Source: Eledone cirrhosa (taxonomy: Eukaryota). Taken from it: a stretch of 64,000 nucleotides of DNA. Shown here in pieces: positions 54,400 to 64,000 of this stretch. The notes beneath the pieces were generated by a model. That model had not been told where the DNA came from. It was given only the letters and a program-made list of their open reading frames with translations, and made no database searches. Both the position numbers and the translations under genes were made by a program. The stretch spans positions 233,244,001-233,308,000 of the forward strand of contig OZ024743.1 in assembly GCA_964016885.1 (NCBI GenBank). Direction: 5' to 3'. Numbering within the stretch: the first letter of the stretch is position 1; every line of letters begins with the position of its first letter.

Positions 54400-56670
54400 A
54401 TCGTTGCTATTCTTGCTTTAAATTAATTTTCTCCACGCTGGTTCTAAATAGTCTCCCTCATTGCTAACTACCCCATACCCTCCCTCCTTCCCCCACTCTC
54501 CACCTTTACTATTTGGACCAATCACAAGTCAACGGCCTATGCTATCACCACTGGCTGCTTTTCGATATGATGGATGGACTAAGGAAGTTCTGAAGAGTCT
54601 GAAGAATCTGGACACTCGATGACAATGCCAAAGATAACGACAAATTCACCTCATGCTGCCGGACGAAGGAGCAAGGCCCACCCCTCTTTGTTTCGGCCGC
54701 AGATGGCCAACATAACCCCAAACTCATTCCCCTCACCCCCTCCCTGCGCCCCATCCTCCAAACACAATCCAAAACTTCAGAGTTGGTACCATGAACGTAG
54801 GCACCTTAAAATGCCGCTCTAACGAGGTTGTAGAAATGCTTGAACGTAAGGAGGTTGATGTTTGCTGTATCCAAGAGACCAGGTGGAGGGGCGGGTCTGC
54901 TAGATTCATTGTGGGTAAAAAACGTTGCTATAAGCTTTTCTGGGTGGGGAATGACAATGGGATAGGTGGGGTAGGAATCATGTTAGCAGAAAAATGGGTG
55001 GATAAGATAATAGACGTAAATAGAGTGATTGACAGAATAATTAAAATAAGACTTGTTCTAAACAGAACTACTGTGACAGTAATATCTGCATACGCGCCCC
55101 AATCCGGACTGCCTGGCGCTATAAAAGACAGATTCTATGAGACACTGATGCTCACTACCTCCCAAATAACCGACAGTGACTATATAATTATTGCTGGCGA
55201 CCTAAATGGTCACGTTGGTCAACATTGTGACGGCTATGACGGAATCCACGGAGGCTATGGGTTTGGTACTAGAAACGAGGAGGCTCCAGAATCCTGGAAT
55301 TCTGTGATGCAAACAACCATACTATCTGTAAGACTAACTTCAAAAAACGAGACAATCACTTGATCACCTACAGATCAGGAGAACATACCAGCCAGGTAGA
55401 TTATATCCTTACCAGAAGACGTGACAGAGTGTCTGTTGTAAACACTAAATCCCTCCCCATGAAGAATGCACCTCCCAACATAGACTGATAATTAGCGACC
55501 TCATAGTCAGGACGAGACGTACTAGACAGCAGAAGAGGACTATCCTCAGGAGAAAAATATGGAAGCTAAAGGATCCCACAGCCAGGAATAAATTTCAAAG
55601 CATATTACTTGATGCTTTCGACAGTAAGGAAGAGCAATTAGAGTCGTACAAGGTAGAGGAACAGTGGGAATTCCTGAAAGCAAACCTGCTGATGGCGGCA
55701 GACGAAGTCTGTGGCTGGAGCAGGCCTGTAGGCAGGAGGAGAGTAACATGGTGGTGGAACAGTAAGGTGGAGGGGTCAATCAAGGCCAAAAAGCAGGCTT
55801 GGAAAGCATGGCGGGATGGGGGAAGTAGAGAAGACTAGAGAGGAACGAAGCTTGCATGCTCCGCTGGATGTGTAATAGTAATATACATGAACGGCAAAGC
55901 ATAAACGAACTAAGGAAAAAATTAGAAATAAGAGGGATCAGATGTTGTTTACTCGAGAGAAGGCTACGTTGGTATGGTCACGTGATGCGCATGAAAGACG
56001 ACAGCTGTATAACAAAGTGCAGGGCAATAAAGATAGATGGTAGCCATGGAGTAGGCAGACCCAGGAAAACCTGGGACGAGCTGATAAATTCCGACCTCAC
56101 ACACTTACACCTCTCCAAGACAATGTCACTGGACCGAGACCTTTGGCGGTACTCAGTAACAGAGAAGACCCGCCTTACCTAAATACAAAGTAAAACCTAC
56201 TAGTCAGTAGGCATCTCTAACAAAATACACCCCCGTCCCACCCATCCACACCGCCCCTTTCAATGCAAAGTTATGTTGGTGCCACAACATCCAGGCCGAA
56301 ACAAACGAGATCGTTTAGGTGTCACAACAAAAAAAAAACACAGTCCACGCTGTAATGTGACCGTGTAGGCAACACGGTAAAAACCTCCCAGTCCCACACT
56401 GTAAATGCGGTTGGTGTTAGGAAGGGCATCCAGCTGTAGAAAACACGCCAGACAGTCTACGCTGTAATGTGGCCGTGTAGGCAACACGGTAAAAACCTCC
56501 CAGCCCCAACTGTAAATGTGGTTGCTGTTAGGAAGGGCATCCAGCTGTAGAAAACCCGCCAGACAGTCCTATGCGAGCAAGACAACCACTCTTACCTCAA
56601 GTGGTAAAACCCCCGTCCAAACCCATGCAAGCGTGGAACAGGGTCGTTAAGCGATGATGATGATGATGAT
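54400..56670 (+). mobile_element. RTE family-1 LINE with large internal deletion and frameshifts
   Basis: 5' UTR and APE (54791-55363), junction at ~55832-55837 removing the RT, C-terminus 55856-56182, 3' UTR and (GAT)n tail. Confidence 0.9.
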
Positions 56671-60365
<3,695 letters not shown>

Positions 60366-60366
60366 A

Positions 60367-60555
<189 letters not shown>

Positions 60556-60562
60556 ATATATA

Positions 60563-62891
60563 TATCATCATCATCGTTTAACGTCCGTGTTCCACGCTTG
60601 CATAGGTTTGGACGGGAGTTTTCCCACTTGAGGCAAGAGTGGTTGTCTTGCTTGCATAGGACTGTCTGGCGGGTTTTCTACAGTTGGATGCCCTTCCTAA
60701 CACCAACCACATTTACAGTGTGGGACTGGGAGGTTTTTACCGTGTTGCCTACACGGCCACATTACAGCGTGGACTGTCTGGCGGGTTTTCTACAGCTGGA
60801 TGCCCTTCCTAACACCAACCACATTTACAGTGTGGGACTGGGAGGTTTTTACCGTGTTGCCTACACGGTCACATTACAGCGTGGATTGTGTGTTTTTTTG
60901 TCGTGACACCTACACGATCTCATTTGTTTCGGCCTGGATTTTGTGGCACCAACATAACTTTACATTGAAAGGGGCGGTGTGGATGGGGTGGGGGTGGTGG
61001 GACGGGGGTGTATTTTGTTAGAGATGCCTACTGACTGTTACTTTGTATTTAGGTAAGGCGGGTCTTCTCTATTACTGAGTACCGCCAAAGGTCTCGGTCC
61101 AGTGACATTGTCTTGGATAGGTGTAAGTGTGTGAGGTCGGAATTTATCAGCTCGTCCCAGGTTTTTCTGGGTCTGCCTACTCCGTGGCTACCGCCTATCT
61201 TTCTTGCCCTGCACTTTCCTATACAGCTGTCGTCTTTCATGCGCATCACGTGACCATACCAACGTAGCCTTCTCTCGAGTAAACAACATCTGATCCCTCT
61301 TATTTCTAATTTTTTCCTTAGTTCGTTTATGCTTTGCCGTTCGCTTTTATTACTATTACACATCCAGCGGAGCATGCAAGCTTCGTTTCTCTCTAGTTTG
61401 CGTATATCCTCTGCACACAATGCCCCGGTCTCACTGCCATGCAACATTGCTGTTCGTATGCAGGCATCATACAACCTGCCTTTCATTTTTAGGGAGAACC
61501 CTTTAGCGGCTAATAGTGGTATAAGATCTCTGAACTTTTTCCATCCAGTTCTGACTCTAGCTACTGTACTTTCAGAGCACCCTCCCCCACTGCTGATTTT
61601 GTCACCCAGGTAACGGAAGCTGTCCACTATTTCTATAGAACCCTCTGCGCAGTTGAAAGAGCTAGTATTTTGTGGGCACTTGCTGCTACTTATTGCACCA
61701 GAGCACCGGCCACATGTAAAATCTGTGTTCTTAGTTAGCTTACCTGTGATCCCACTACATCTTTTATGGACCCATACTTTGCATTTGGGACATAGAATGG
61801 AGTTTCTACCTACATGGCTTGTATAGCTCTCACAAGCCATTCGGCAACACCTAGTTTTCTAAGAGCCCACCAGATAATGGAACGGGGGACTCTGTCAAAG
61901 GCTTTCTCCAATTCGACAAAGGCTAAGTATAGGGGTTTACTTTTAGCTAGGTACTTCTCCTGTAGTTGTCGTACAATGAAAAGAGCGTCTATGGTACTTT
62001 TCCCCGACACAAACCCGAACTGCATTTCATCTAGATCGATTCTCTCTCTGATTAGTTGCACTATTACTTTTTCCGTGACCTTCATGACCTGGTCGATTAA
62101 TTTAATGCCTCTATAGTTACTCCTATCTAGGGCGTCTCCTTTACCCTTGTAACAGTTAATGATGATGCTGCTACCCCAGTCCTTCGGAACAACCCCATTC
62201 TGTATGATTTGGTTTACTATCCGGGTGACCATGGTGTGTCCCACCGATCCAGATGCTTTCAGCATTTCAGCAACTATTTCCGAAGGCCCAGCCACCTTAC
62301 CCGTCTTCATATCTTTGATTGCCTTACTTATACTACCTTCAACTAACACTGCTGGTCCCTCTATTGGATCGATCTGGGGGAGACTATCCTTCTCCCATTT
62401 ATTCTCCTCATTTAGTAGCCTCTCGTAGTGACACTTCCAAGCGACCTTCTTATCAGCGTCAGTGATGGCGAGTACGCCATCATCATTTAGTACACACTTC
62501 TCCCCGACAATATCACGGTTTTCCTTGACACATTGCCTAGCAATCCTGAACACCTCACGTTTTTGGTCCTCGCATTGTAGAACATGCTTGAACTTTCTTT
62601 CCTCTGCTTCCCTTCTTGCGAAGTACACTTGTCTCCTAGCTTCCCTCCTGGCCACTTGATAGTCTTCTCTACTTCCCCCATCCCGCCATACTTTCCAAGC
62701 CTGCTTTTTGGCCTTTATCGACTCCTCCACCTTACTGTTCCACCACCATGTTACTCTCCTCCTGCCTATAGGCCTGCTCCGGCCACAGACTTCGTCTGCC
62801 GCCATCAGCAGGTTTGCTTTCAGGAATTCCCACTGTCCCTCTATATTGTCCGACTCTAAATGCTCTTCCTTACTGTCGAAAGCATCAAGTA
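60563..62891 (-). mobile_element. RTE family-1 LINE, 5'-truncated and internally deleted
   Basis: ORFs 61810-62805 and 61049-61840 joined at ~61811-61813, which deletes the YADD region; 3' UTR with internal duplication; (GAT)n tail. Confidence 0.9.
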
Positions 62892-63441
62892 ATCATCATC
62901 ATCATCATTTTACGTCCGCTTTTCCCTGCTTGCAAGGGTGGGACGGGTCTTATTCAGCACAGCATCTCTCCACTCGTCACGGTCCCTCGTCATCTTCACC
63001 GTGAGCTTCAATGATCTGAGGTCTGTTCTCACCACCTCCGCCCATGTTTTTCGTGGTCTACCTCTACCACGTCTTCCTTCAACAGGCATTTCCTGGCACT
63101 TCTTCACCCATCGGTCATCCTCCATGCGCATCACATGTCCATACCACTTCAGTCTCCTCTCCCGTACACTACATTCTATCCCTCTCAGACACAGTTTCTC
63201 TCTCAACACATTTATGCTGGGTCATTCACGCACAGTGACACTGCACATCCAACGGAGCATGCTTGCCTCATTTCCTCCAGCCGTCGCATATCCTCTGCGG
63301 TTGCTGCCCATGTCTCACTACCATGCAGCATCGCGCTCCTCACAGGCATCATACAACCGGCCTTTCGTACGCAGGGAGAAACCCTTCTTCGTCAACAGAG
63401 GAAGCAGCTCCCTAAACTTCTTCCAACCCGTCCTTATTCTA
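62892..63441 (-). mobile_element. RTE family-2 LINE 3' fragment
   Basis: [16 protein letters not shown]...[11 protein letters not shown]...GRPRKTW...[13 protein letters not shown], immediately followed by a (ATG)n tail. Confidence 0.88.

Positions 63442-64000
<559 letters not shown>

Overview
Eukaryotic, repeat-rich window, very likely a coleoid cephalopod such as Octopus (inferred from the SINE/LINE types and the huge (TA)n tracts). It lies inside one large minus-strand gene, the PHR-family E3 ligase MYCBP2 (Highwire/RPM-1/PAM). I could place 18 consecutive coding exons with GT-AG boundaries and consistent phases, from the end of PHR1 through PHR2 into the RAE1-binding region. The introns contain one intact RTE-clade LINE (APE-RT with a PHD-like finger), several defective copies, tRNA-derived SINEs, two Penelope-like elements (GIY-YIG), minisatellites and microsatellites. 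Main discovery: at 25245-32965 there is an array of about 25 nearly identical, non-coding, highly structured 310-bp units. Each unit carries a minimal type I hammerhead ribozyme with a palindromic helix III. The array has a short inverted arm and 22 direct units and is inserted in (TA)n. This is the architecture of a retrozyme or viroid-like circular-RNA retroelement. It sits about 2.3 kb from a Penelope-like element that has an inverted pseudo-LTR and its own unusual long-stem-II hammerhead. All structure calls were made by eye; no folding or database search was run.
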